A stretch of 62,766 nucleotides of DNA, counting the filler, from Collodictyon triciliatum (taxonomy: Eukaryota): the NCBI GenBank assembly GCA_043381765.1. It is 7 parts of 7 records of this genome, joined end to end, with 100 filler letters (N's around TTAATTAATTAA, not from the genome) between each part and the next. Parts side by side here need not be neighbours in the genome. Positions count along the whole stretch, not along the records: positions 19,262 to 29,441 come from JBHJMP010002767.1; positions 29,542 to 39,714 come from JBHJMP010002768.1; 5 more parts are not named here. One strand, given 5' to 3'. The translations under genes and the position numbers were made by a program. Numbering within the stretch: position 1 is the first letter of the stretch; each line of letters opens with the position of its first letter. Below are positions 25,201 through 37,083 of this stretch, one piece after another. Below the pieces are notes generated by a model, which saw nothing but the letters and a program-made list of their open reading frames with translations, searched no databases and had not been told where the DNA came from.

Positions 25201-26748
25201 ATTCAAGGACTGAATGGTGAAAAATGGTTGGCTTCTGGAAGTGATGATAAATCAATACGTATTTGGGATGTAAACACAGGAAACCAAATCAAAACATTAG
25301 AAGGTCATACAAGGGATGTCTATAGTGTTTGCAGCATTCAAGGACCGAATGGAGAAAAGTGGCTGGCTTCTGGAAGTGATGATAGAACAATACGTGTTTG
25401 GGATGCAGCCGCAGGAAACCAAATCAAAACATTAGAAGGTCTTAAAAATTATGTCAGGACTGTTTGCAATATCCAAGGACGGAATGGTGAAAATTGGTTG
25501 GCCATTGCTAGAAGTAAAGATAAAACTATACTTATTTGTGATGTAGCCACAGGAAACCAAACACACAGCCTGCAAAAGTCAAAGGTGACCTACACCCAAG
25601 GAAAATACCTTGTCAAGAAAGAAAAGCCAGACGAAGTCATCGCAGTATTCAACAGAACAAGTGATGCGATGAACAAGATTGACACCAACAAAATCCAAGA
25701 TGCAAAGACAGTCCAGATTATCGGCCCAAGAAAGCTGCAAGGTGGAAGCATCCAAATTAGAAATGTCACAAGATTGAGTCAATTCAACAAATCCCTCCTA
25801 CTTTCTGTTGGTGCTGCTTCCTTTGATGCGGACTTTGTTGCCTATTGTGAGCAGAGTAAGTTCACAAAGTTCCTGGCTCAAATGAAGGCTGAATGGTACG
25901 AGAATGGATCGAGTGTGGAGATGGACTCTGAGAAAGAAGCCGAATGGTTCAAGAGGGCTGAAAACTATGATAATGATTATGATGATGAAGACGAAGATGA
26001 CAAAGACGGAAATGAAGTTGAAAATGAGGAAGAAGAAGACGGAAATGAGGATGAAAATGATGAAGAAGACGGAAATGAGGTTGAAAATGAGAAAGAAGAC
26101 GGAAATGAGGATCAAAAAGAGGAAGAAGACGAAAATGAGGATCAAAATGAGGAAGAAGACGGAAATGAGGATGAAAATGATGAAGAAGACGGAAATGAGG
26201 TTGAAAATGAGAAAGAAGACGGAAATGAGGATCAAAAAGAGGAAGAAGAAGACGAAAATGAGGATGAAAATGAGGAAGAAGACGGAAATGAAGTTGAAAA
26301 TGATGAAGAAGACGGAAATGAAGTTGAAAATGAGAAAGAAGACGGAAATGAGGATCAAAAAGAGGAAGAAGAAGATGGAAATGAGGATCAAAATGAGGAA
26401 GAAGAAGACGGAAATGAGGATGAAAATGAGAAAGAAGACGGAAATGAGGATGAAAATGAGGAAGAAGAAGACGGAAATGAGGATGAAAATGAGGAAGAAG
26501 ATGAAGATGAGGATGAAAATGAGGAAGAAGAAGACGAAAATGAGGATGAAAATGAGGAAGAAGGCGGAAATGAGGATGAAAATGAGGAAGAAGACAGAAA
26601 TGAGGTTGAAAATGAGGAAGAAGACGAAAATGAGGATCAAAATGAGGAAGAAGACGAAGATATGGATGAAAATGAGGAAGAAGACGAATATAAAGAAAAC
26701 GAGGATGAGGAAGAGGGGGAATGGGAAGACGAAGAATATCGCAGTTGA
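19262..26748 (+). CDS. NLR-like STAND protein: DUF4062 - NACHT - TPR array - pentapeptide repeats - WD40 x6 - Sel1-like repeat - acidic tail (5' truncated, 23 exons visible)
   Basis: SVTEYEIQYA..FFYLRD; Walker A AESGIGKS; FFHFVG; Walker B FVFLIDAINQ; WLP; HPLYL; 42-aa TPRs; ANLSNSILDGANFAGADL; GH..V.SV..LASGS.D..IRIWD. All 22 introns are GT-AG and keep frame. Confidence 0.92.
24755..25560 (+). repeat. Six 135-bp near-identical WD40-coding tandem repeats
   Basis: GG(T/A)GAAAA.TGG.TGGC motif at 24811, 24946, 25081, 25216, 25351, 25486. Confidence 0.95.
25965..26735 (+). repeat. 30/33-bp coding minisatellite (DGNEDENEEE-type acidic tail)
   Basis: GACGGAAATGAGGATGAAAATGAGGAAGAA variants in tandem. 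Confidence 0.95.
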
Positions 26749-29359
26749 GCGGAGACAGAAAGTCTCAGCTAAACATGGTAAGCAATGTAAACAAAAGAAT
26801 ATCAATATACATTCTTTAACTATAATCATCTTAGATAAGGAGATTCCCAAGGGGTTTTAAAGTAGACCTCTGCTTTTTTCCAGAAGGATATCCCATAAAA
26901 ACAGAATAAAACAATAAAAATAAAAGCAAAGCTATCTGATATTTATTGAAATTCTTCTTTTCTCTTTTCTCTTTTCTCTTTTCTCTTTTCTCTTTTCTCT
27001 TTTCTCTTNNNNNNNNNNNNNNNNNNNNNNNNNNNNNNNNNNNNNNNNNNNNNNNNNNNNNNNNNNNNNNNNNNNNNNNNNNNNNNNNNNNNNNNNNNNN
27101 NNNNNNNNNNNNNNNNNNNNNNNNNNNNNNNNNNNNNNNNNNNNNNNNNNNNNNNNNNNNNNNNNNNNNNNNNNNNNNNNNNNNNNNNNNNNNNNNNNNN
27201 NNNNNNNNNNNNNNNNNNNNNNNNNNNNNNNNNNNNNNNNNNNNNNNNNNNNNTTTCAGCGTTCTGATGTTTTGCCGTGACAGCTGCCCTTCACTCAACC
27301 ATCCTTCATCCGCCGTCCTTCTCAATCTTTTCTTTTTGTCCTGAAGGACACTCAACACTAGCCGCCGATCGACTTGCTTGTGCATTTATTGGTCTTTCTT
27401 GGCAACCACAAGGCATATTTTCAGCCGATCACCAGTCGATTCTCTCACACGCTCGACCCAAGGTTCATTCCCTCTCTTATTCCCACAATCAACGAGAAGT
27501 TAATAAGAAAGCCTTTGATGGAACAGCAATTATGGTTGTCTGAATCAATACTCATCATTTATCTTTTTGTTTTCATATGATGAACTGCATACACATTGCC
27601 GATCAAACATATAGCTATATTTTTTTAATATTATTTTCTCTATTTTGTTCTTATTACTTTTTTTCTTCTTGGAATAACGCCACGAGGATCGAAAGCGCTG
27701 GCTCGAAGCAAACACACAACCGAACGCAAGAACGGAGCCCTCCGCTCGACCAAAGGTTCCTAGCCACACCTAATCGCCCACAAAGAGCGCCCGGAAGCAG
27801 AACCTGTACGGAGCCGGCTGCCACGTCCGCCTTCGAGGTAAGCACAAACTGCCCAGAACTACCACGCCCACATACAGGTAAGGAAAGAATAAGCCCAGTC
27901 CTGAAAGATCTTGAGTGCCATAATGAGATGACTATGAACCAGCTATTCGATCAACTTCAGGAATACACAGCAACCTTTCCAAAACAAATAATTGCAGAGA
28001 CGAGAGTAAAATAATACTTAACTGCTTTTTTTTATGTCTCCATAACGAGAGAGGCCAGCTCTTTTGCTACCCATTATCAGCCGCATTCCTCCGAGCTTCA
28101 TCAAGGGCGACACTGAAGGTACGTGAAAAACAACAAACAACTCATCTTCACAGTATTCTCCAAGGGTCAAAATGTGTTTTTGATGAATGAAGCGCTGAAC
28201 AAGAATACAACATCAGAACTACCCAAAGTATAAAAAAAATTATATGTAAAGTTTCCCTTCTCTATTTCGTGCTCTGTCCCAGAACACAAGGGAAAAGTCA
28301 AAAGAAAATATCATGGTAAACACCGCCACAAATACTAACAGAACGAGCTGTCAATCATAGGAAGACAATGTCATCCCTTTTAAACCCAACCACCCGGAGC
28401 TATGGAAGAATAAGCATCGCTCAAGCAAGAAGCAACTCATACAAGAGCTTTCCAAAAAGAGCGGGCGGATTCTTCGAGACGCGCCTCACACTAAAACAGT
28501 CTGGACAAGCAATTCAAGGTACAATAGTATGTAGCCAAAATTATTTTCATTTTCATGCTAAATGAAAGTTTACTTTTTCACTCGAATAGTATTAGTATAC
28601 AAGGATAATTCCTAACGAAGATTATCTTTCATGATTTGTCTGTTAATGCAAGGCACTTTTGGAAAAAAACGCTTCCGTTGAATGAAAGGCAAGCACCTAA
28701 GCCTGCAAAACTTAAGCGGTGGTGGTTTGGTTTTTTTTTATCCCACGTTAAGCCTTCACGATGAAAATCTCAGGCTTTAATTAACGGAGAGTAGTCCACG
28801 AGTATCGGTATTACAATTTTATTTTGTTTGTGAATTTGTCATTCTGTGGGAATATACTAACCATCACATATAATTTGGGACATTTGCACAATTTCGATTA
28901 GATTCAAAGGAATTATATAAGTCGACCTGGAAGAATATCAATCTATTATGCAGACTTTCATACATCACATTTGTTATATTATACGAAATATTTAGCATTA
29001 AGAGAATGTTTAGTGGCTGTATGATACATAAGCAAATCACATCCATATTATTTACAAAAAAGCAACTAAAAAAGCATAGAATTAATTTCAACTTGATATA
29101 TATTTGTATTCACGAATAGTTTATTTCATAATAAATAAAAATATTAAGAGTTGTAATATTGAGCTATGAGCTTTAATACAATATAATCTTATTAGCCTAT
29201 CGAAATTATCTAAAAAGCATTCAAAATATGAATCGATAAATCAAACAATATCTATTCATGAAAAAGTAGGATAACTTGGTTGATAATTGGCGCATATTAT
29301 AACCCATGAATACGAATTTTTTTATACAACACACAGAAAGAAATAGGAAGATTCAAAAC

Positions 29360-29416
29360 ATGTCTGCAACCGAAACAAGCACCGAGGCCAACGTCAGCCT
29401 TGTCACCATTGACGAA
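29360..29416 (+). CDS. Possible first exon of an unidentified gene cut by the scaffold end
   Basis: AAAACATG context, MSATETSTEANVSLVTIDE, then GT; coding-like composition. Confidence 0.35.
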
Positions 29417-29849
29417 GTCTGTACAAATGCATACATTATCTNNNNNNNNNNNNNNNNNNNNNNNNNNNNNNNNNNNNNNNNNNNNTTAATTAATTAANNN
29501 NNNNNNNNNNNNNNNNNNNNNNNNNNNNNNNNNNNNNNNNNTTTTCTTTTTTTGTTTCTTTTTTTGTTTCTTTTTTTGTTTCTTTTTTTGTTTCTTTTTT
29601 TGTTTCTTTTTTTTGTTTCTTTTTTTTGTTTCTTTTTTTGTTTCTTTTTTTGTTTCTTGCTTTTTGTTTCTTGCTTTTTGTTTCTTGCTTTTTGTTTCTT
29701 GCTTTTTGTTTTCTGGTTTATCGTGCTCTGTGTGTGTTTATCAGTCACGCAATTAGTTTGTGGGTAAAGGCACAACTCATGCCCATATTCTCACGCCACT
29801 TTATATACCTGTTACCTACTTTTACTAAAGAATAATAATCTATTGCCAG

Positions 29850-31943
29850 AAACTTGGAGCAAAGAAGACTTACTGAAGGAAGTTCAGCGTTTGCAGACTG
29901 AAGTCGCTGCTGAGAAACATAAGGTCGAAAGCCTCAATCGTGAGAACCGGAAATTACGAGAAACAGCGATCAACATCGTATGGGAAAAAAAATTCTGGCA
30001 CAGAATAAAGCCCTGTTTATTTATTTGACCCTTTTTTTTTTTTTTGATAGTGTATTTTTTTCTTAACTACCTACCTCAGTCATTTCTCTACCACATAAAA
30101 ATCGTCGCAATAATTTTCAACTTACTTTACTGATTGATTCCCTGAATAGCAACAACAAACAGAATGTGAGGAGGAATTCATAGTCAGTAACTTTATTCAA
30201 TAGCATTTCGTTATTCTCCTTCCAATATAAAAGAATAAAAAGACCCCTCAATTTTCCTCATAAACAAAACAGTCCACAATACTAATAGAGTGATTAATCA
30301 ACCTTCATGGAGGGTAGGTCAACAGCCTTGTTAAGCGTGTTTCAGCTCTCAAACAAGAGAAAGAACAGCTCCTTGTTGAAGTTGAGCAAGAAGAAGAATA
30401 CCTGACCAACACGCTTCAGAGGCGATTGGATACTGTAAGTACTCCTTTTTTTTTTCTTTTTTTTTTTTGGAGAACTGGAATAGTTTTGCTTGAAATAAAC
30501 CAAAATATCTCGAATACAAAAGCTGAAGAAAGAAAAAAAAACCATCTATCACTTCAACTTTTGAGTTTCATGGTTCAGACTCTGACCCCTCGCAGGTTCG
30601 AAACGAAAAAATTGAACTGGAGAGGCGACTAGAAACGGAACAAGATTTCATCGTCAATCGCCTTCAGAAGCAACTTGCTGTTGTCATCGACGAGAAAGTG
30701 TAAGTCCTATGGGCAAGACAAAATAGAAAAATGAAGTTCTTCTGGGCTCATTATTCGTTCTTTGGTAGAGCGAAATTCTTTTCCTTTTCTTTTTTTCACC
30801 ATGCGATTTATAAGATGAAGCTAATTCTATAATTGTTTTTGGGCGATTGCTTTAGGCGTTTGCAAAAGAAACTGAACAAGGAGACAAGCTTAGAAAGAGC
30901 CGAACGTGCTGCTCAATCGGCCTCTGAATCGGAGAGCGAAAAAGAAGACACTCGCGACCGCTCACTCAGGTAAATGAACTATGCTTTAAATAATTCAAAA
31001 TAACCTCTTGGTGCAGTCATGCATTCTTACTCTGTCAGGAATTTGTCCGATAGCAATTAATTCGAATTGTAATCTAATATGAAATATAATCCAGTGGCGA
31101 TCTGATGGGTGTGGGAGATAACATCGAAAAGCAAAATCTAATTTTCGAGCACCTGCGACGCACGATCGACTCGCTGAGAAGGGATTTGAAAAAATGTTTG
31201 TGTTAAAAAAAATAATGGTTACCCACGCTTGTGTGCTCCCGTGTATGACCCTCATACTTTAATTAAAACCTGCTTTTCAATATTTGTCTCAGCGCGCCAC
31301 GAGCTTGATACTCAGAAAGAAGCCCTGCAGAAATCTAATGATGAGAAAGTGATAATGGCCATTAAACTGCGTCGCTTTTTGCACCAGAAGGATGGAGAGA
31401 CTGTGTCTTCTGGAGGACATCACGTCGATACCAGTCTTGACCAAGAGATCGAAAAGTATGAACCTGGAAATTAAATTCCAGACAATTTACATCCAAACCA
31501 ATACATTTTATATGTAAAAATATTTAAGGTATGCAACTTTTTATCATTTTGGTGACAAAAAAATCATTATACTTATCATTGTAATATGCCTGGTGTGGTA
31601 TCGTTTCAGAATTCTATCATCTATCGGAACTCGCTCGCGCCCGAGCTCTTTCTCTCGTTCTGCTCCGATTGCAATTCGCAGTCTCTCAGTATTTCTTTCA
31701 CAGAATTCTCTGACCAAATATTGATTTGCATTTTGCTGGCTTTTTTTTTCGATATATAAACACCCAGACGCACTCACATTCATCAGATATATCATTAATA
31801 GCGAATTAAATATAAGCATTGAAGTTGAATAAAAAAAAATAAAAAGAATGAAAAAATTCTCGTAGCAGAGTAGCGAGAACCGAAGCAGCCCTGCAAGCAG
31901 CCTGGACAAGTCCCTCACCAGCCCTGTTGGGTCTTTGAACTAG
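29850..31943 (+). CDS. CCDC6-like (DUF2046) coiled-coil protein, 5' truncated
   Basis: ECEEEFIVNSLVKRV..KQEKEQL..EQEEEYLTNTLQRRL..EKIELERRLETEQDFIVNRLQKQL. Confidence 0.85.
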
Positions 31944-32446
31944 GTTAGCCTTCTTTTTTTCTTTCTTTTTCTTTCTTTTTCTTTCTTTTTCTTTCTTTTT
32001 CTTTCTTTTTCTTTCTTTTTCTTTCTTTCTTTTTCTTTCTTTCTTTTTCTTTCTTTCTTTTTCTTTCTTTCTTTTTCTTTCTTTTTCTTTCTTTTTCTTT
32101 CTTTTTCTTTTGAGTTAAATTGATCTAGAATCATTAGGCAAAGGCTTTGGTGGACAGAGGAAAACATGATGACCAAAATCCGAATGGAACCCATACTTTC
32201 CTCGGCCCTTTATCTGCAAGCTCATAACGAAACGGCTGCTATAATAAATTCTTCACTCGAAAGGGGGGGGATTTACTAAAGCAGTCCCACCCAAGCAAAC
32301 TGGTCATTCCCTGTTGATTTCGAGCCGGCTGCCCGCAACAGTTCGTCCCTTCTTTTTCTTTTTTCTTCTTTTTTCTTCTTTTTTCTTCTTTTTTCTTCTT
32401 TTTTCTTCTTTTTTCTTCTTTTTTCTTCTTTTTTCTTCTTTTTTTT

Positions 32447-32534
<88 letters not shown>

Positions 32535-33157
32535 CTTCTTTTTTCTTCTTTTTTCTTCTTTTTTCTTCTTTTTTCTTCTTTTTTCTTCTTTTTTCTTCTT
32601 TTTTCTTCTTTTTTTCTTCTTTTTTTCTATTACGCCTTTCCCTAATACAAACATATAGTGGAACCATATGAAGCGGATAGGTCGCGTATCTCATAAAGCA
32701 CACACCGAGCGCGCTGGCGATGGAGGTGCAAATGGTTAAAAATAAATATATTTTCCACTTTTGAATGAGACCACACCCGCATCCGCCCATTTTGGAAACC
32801 CGGTTGGGAATGTGATCGGCTTGCAATCTGGTCACCCGAGATCCGATCGCGTGCGTAGATTAAATCATTGTGAGACGAAGAAGGCAATGACCACGTGAAA
32901 AAAGAAAAAAACCTGCGAAAAGGGTCGCCCCATAAAACGCAGAAAGGAAGAAGCAGTCAAGTATTCTCGCGAAAGAGAGTCTTCCGAAACAGTGAAACAA
33001 ACGAACAAAAACCTCCGACAAGTTTAACCCCACCCAGAGACTCCGTTGTTTAGGTGAACCCTATCCAACCAGCCTTTGTTTCTTGATTACTTAAAATCAA
33101 ATAAAGAAAAAAAAACATTTCTCCCATGATTAGAAGCAGGCCACACCCAGAAAAGTG

Positions 33158-33320
33158 ATGTCGTCTCCCACTGTTCTTACTCGTGAGCAACTCATCGTCA
33201 AGCTCTTTGACATCGAGGTATCTTCTAATACCTTCATCAAAAGCACTTTGCTCTTCAGATTGCTTCAGTTGCAACAAAAAAAAAAGTGTACTTGCCCCAA
33301 AAAAAATAATTTCCTCTCTA

Positions 33321-33415
<95 letters not shown>

Positions 33416-36380
33416 GCAATCGCATTCATGACAAAATAGCACAAAAAACAAAGCAAATAATTCAAACCACACTCAAACATCTGCTAATCATCCTGCTCAG
33501 GCCGTCAAGTTTGGGCAGTTCAAACTCAAGAGCGGAATTATGTCTCCTCTCTATGTGGATCTCCGCGTGACTGTCTCGTACCCGGACGTTCTCGCAGCTG
33601 TTGCCGAGGCCATGTGGCAAGAGGTTCACAAGTCTTTTTTTTTTCCTTCATTTTCATTTGTTCGTGCATAAACACGCCTATAAGTAGCTTTGAATCCAGC
33701 AACACCGACACGTTTTTTTTTATCTGCAATCAGGTCAAAAGCCAATCTTTTGACATCATCTGCGGCGTTCCCTACACTGCTCTACCCATAGCCAGCTATG
33801 TGAGTCTGATGCACAATGTCCCCATGGTTGTTCGTCGCAAGGAGGCCAAAGACTACGGGCTGCGCAAAATCATTGAAGGTAGCTGCATATTATACATTCT
33901 AAGCGGTATATTGCTCCCAACATAATATTTTTGAACGCATTGGAGGAATTCCCCAGCACAAACCCACAACATTAAGCAACAGGCTTATCTTTAAGGTGTT
34001 TTCAAGCCCGGACAAACCTGCCTCGTTGTTGAGGACCTTGTCACGTCTGGCGCCAGTGTTTTTGAAACCATCGGCCCACTTGAGGCAGACGGCCTTATAG
34101 TCAAGGATGTGATTGTTCTACTCGACCGCCAGCAAGGTGCCCGCCAACACATTTCATCCAAGGGATACAATCTTCACTCCGTCTTCACCATCACTCAGAT
34201 GCTCGATGTTCTTCTCCAGGCTGGCAAGATTGAAAAGGTTTAGCCATTCCATACCAGCACACTTTTTTTGTATCTTTCTGTTGCATGGATAACCTGTTTC
34301 TCTCATCGACATGATGTGAATAGAAAGTTAACTTTATTTAGGCTATGTTCGACAGCATCACCGAGTTCATCGCCTCCAACCAAACTCAGGCTCCAACAAA
34401 TGCCGTTCAGTCGAAGCCCGAGGAGCCCAAAAAGAAGCCATCTCTCTCGTACGCAGACCGTGCAAAGCTTATCACAAATCCTGCAGCATCGCGTCTGCTT
34501 CAGGTGTAGAAAGGCTCAAATGAATTATATTATATTTGAATGGATAAGCCTGATATCAAAATAACATTAACAACTGGCAAATCTAACACAAAAGTCCAGA
34601 GGATTTTTTTTATTTATCGGGGAATTGTAGAGAAGACTTTAAAGATGGATATCTTTTACAGATTATGGAAGAGAAAAAGACCAACGTCTGTGTTGCCGCT
34701 GATGTCACCACCACAGCAGAGCTTCTCAAGATTGCCGATGACCTTGGAGCAGATATTTGCCTTCTGAAAACGCACGTCGACATCCTGACTGATTTTGACC
34801 AAAACACAATTACACAGCTCACTGTAATTCTTCTATTCATACCACTTATACCACAAAAAAAAAAATATTAAAGGAATAGAATGTGAGCGCAAAAAAGGCC
34901 AAGTGTGAAAAAAAAAATTAGCCATTAACACTGTGATGATTAATGAATCCAGTCTTAACAACAAAATATCAATATATGTTTTAATCAATTAGTTCCTCCT
35001 CCTTTTTTTCTACATATGCGTTCGCGTCATGCATACATCGAAATATCATCTATTTTCCATTCCCGCTGACCTCACACGCTCACCCCAGGCCATTGCTGAG
35101 AAGCACAATTTCCTTCTCTTCGAGGACAGGAAGTTTGCAGATATTGGCAACACTGTCCAGCACCAGTATCGCGACGGTGTGTACCATATCTCAAGCTGGT
35201 CTCACATTACTAACGCACACGTTGTTCCTGGACCTGGAATCATACAAGGCAATATTTTTCAAGCAATGCAACAAAATGAAAAGAAAAGGAATAGGAAGGC
35301 TCTCGCCTTCTGCATGTGTTTCGATTTACTATCACATATTTAACATCGTGTAAGGTTATTAACATGTGTTGAAATATGCAGGACTGAAAGAGGTGGGACT
35401 TCCGCTTGGACGCGGTCTGCTTATCCTTGCTGAAATGAGCTCCAAAGGGAATCTCGCCACTGGAGAGTACACAACAAAGGCTATTCAGATGGCCAAAGAG
35501 AACAAGGACTTTGTTGTCGGGTTTATCTCGATGGGGCAGCTGAGCGCATTGGCCGATGATCCCACCTTCGTTTATATGGTACTTTGAATTTTGTATGGCA
35601 TAGCCTCGCTACACTTTGAATCGAACAAAGGGGAAAAAAATATGGTACCTTGAATGAAAAAGGAAAGAATAGATAGAAAGGACATCATATGAATAATGAA
35701 CCCCCTCTATTTAACGTTTATCTATGATGTTATCGTATTTTTCGTCTCAATACATATCCCTTGTTGTATTATTTGTATTTACCAGTTCTATGTATATACC
35801 ACGTGCCATAGACTCCAGGAGTCAGTCTGTCGTCCACGGGTGATGCCTTGGGGCAGCAGGTTTTATTTATTTATTTTATTTACCATGTATCCTATATTGC
35901 CTCTATATTTACATTTATACATAGATAATTTGTTTGTTTGTTTGTTCTTTTGGAAAAGTTAATCATATATAATGTGTGTAACTGATTATTGAAGCAGCAA
36001 ACAATGACCTGATATATGCTATCACCCTCATTAGTACAACACACCCGAATCTGTCATCTTTGAGCGTAAATCCGATGTCATAATTGTGGGACGCGGAGTA
36101 TACACCGCTGCCGACCCGAAGGTTTAAATCGCGACACTTTCCTTCTACAATACCAGACATGTTACCATTTGTTTGATGAAGTTGACTGGGGTTTCTTCAA
36201 CAAATGAAGAAGAAGAAAAGAAATAGAGACAATGTTGGAGATGGAGACTATGCTGGTTGTAATATATTTAGTGTATATCGCCTTACATTGCTCACAATGA
36301 AATTATCTCTTGTACAGGCTGAAGTGAAGCGCTATCGTGAGGCTGGGTGGGCTGCTTACGAGAAACGTCTCTCTCAATGA
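33158..36380 (+). CDS. UMPS: Bifunctional UMP synthase (OPRT-OMPDC), 11 exons
   Basis: [72 protein letters not shown]. Confidence 0.98.
35590..35639 (+). mobile_element. LINE family-B 3' tip (50 bp) at a UMPS exon/intron boundary
   Basis: 16-bp TSD 35574-35589/35640-35655 (1 mismatch). Confidence 0.85.
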
Positions 36381-37083
36381 AACAAAAAATAAATCAAGCA
36401 CGCATAACCACACGCGATATACCAGGCTTTTCTTTTTTACTTGACCACAACAGAAGCATATCTCGAAAGAAGCCACTCTGTGAACAGACAATCATGCAGT
36501 TGGTCTCCCAACAAAGGAATATTGGGTGATGGATAAGAGAAAGGGAAATATGATATTAATGGAATGCATCGAATATGGGAAGTCATGGTTATATCGGACT
36601 TTTTTGATTTTTTATTTGCATGAACGCCGTCACTGTTTTCTCCAAAACAAAAGACAGGCAACAATCTTTCGACCGCGCTTGTTTTTTCAAGAAAAGGCCG
36701 CCTTCGTTGTCTGTCAAGACCTGGGAAGTTTGGTGTGGGGTTTTGGGGTGGATGGGTTATATTTCTTTGACAAGAAAAACTATGTTCGATTCCCAGCGAG
36801 ACGCAGCCATTTCTTTTTAAGATGGCGCGCCGCGAATTTCGGTACTGTTTCCGTATGTGGAACACACAGAAATTCCTGCAATTTGTCTGACACGTTGGGG
36901 GAGGCCAAATTTGTCCATAAACGGGAGAGGATGACAGCTGGAGGCTACTGTCATGTTCGCTGGGCACAGAGTCGCGACGGGGCTTTTGCGGGGGCATGGG
37001 ACAGGGAAAAAGGGAGTGGGTCTGCAGCGCGTTTATCAGCCGGGCGGAAGGGGCAGCCTCCAAAGGGAGGAGGGGAGGAGGAT

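Noticed and set aside
24755-25560. Regular repeats resembling a CRISPR array
   Set aside because: 135-bp in-frame WD40 units without unique spacers; eukaryotic context, no cas genes.
25798-26860. 350-aa hydrophobic (-) and 318-aa M/K/R (+) ORFs
   Set aside because: Shadow frames of the acidic minisatellite.
29360-29860. Joining the 29360 exon to the CCDC6-like gene, and the 38187 exons to the 40021 receptor
   Set aside because: Each pair is separated by an artificial scaffold linker; contiguity is unsupported.
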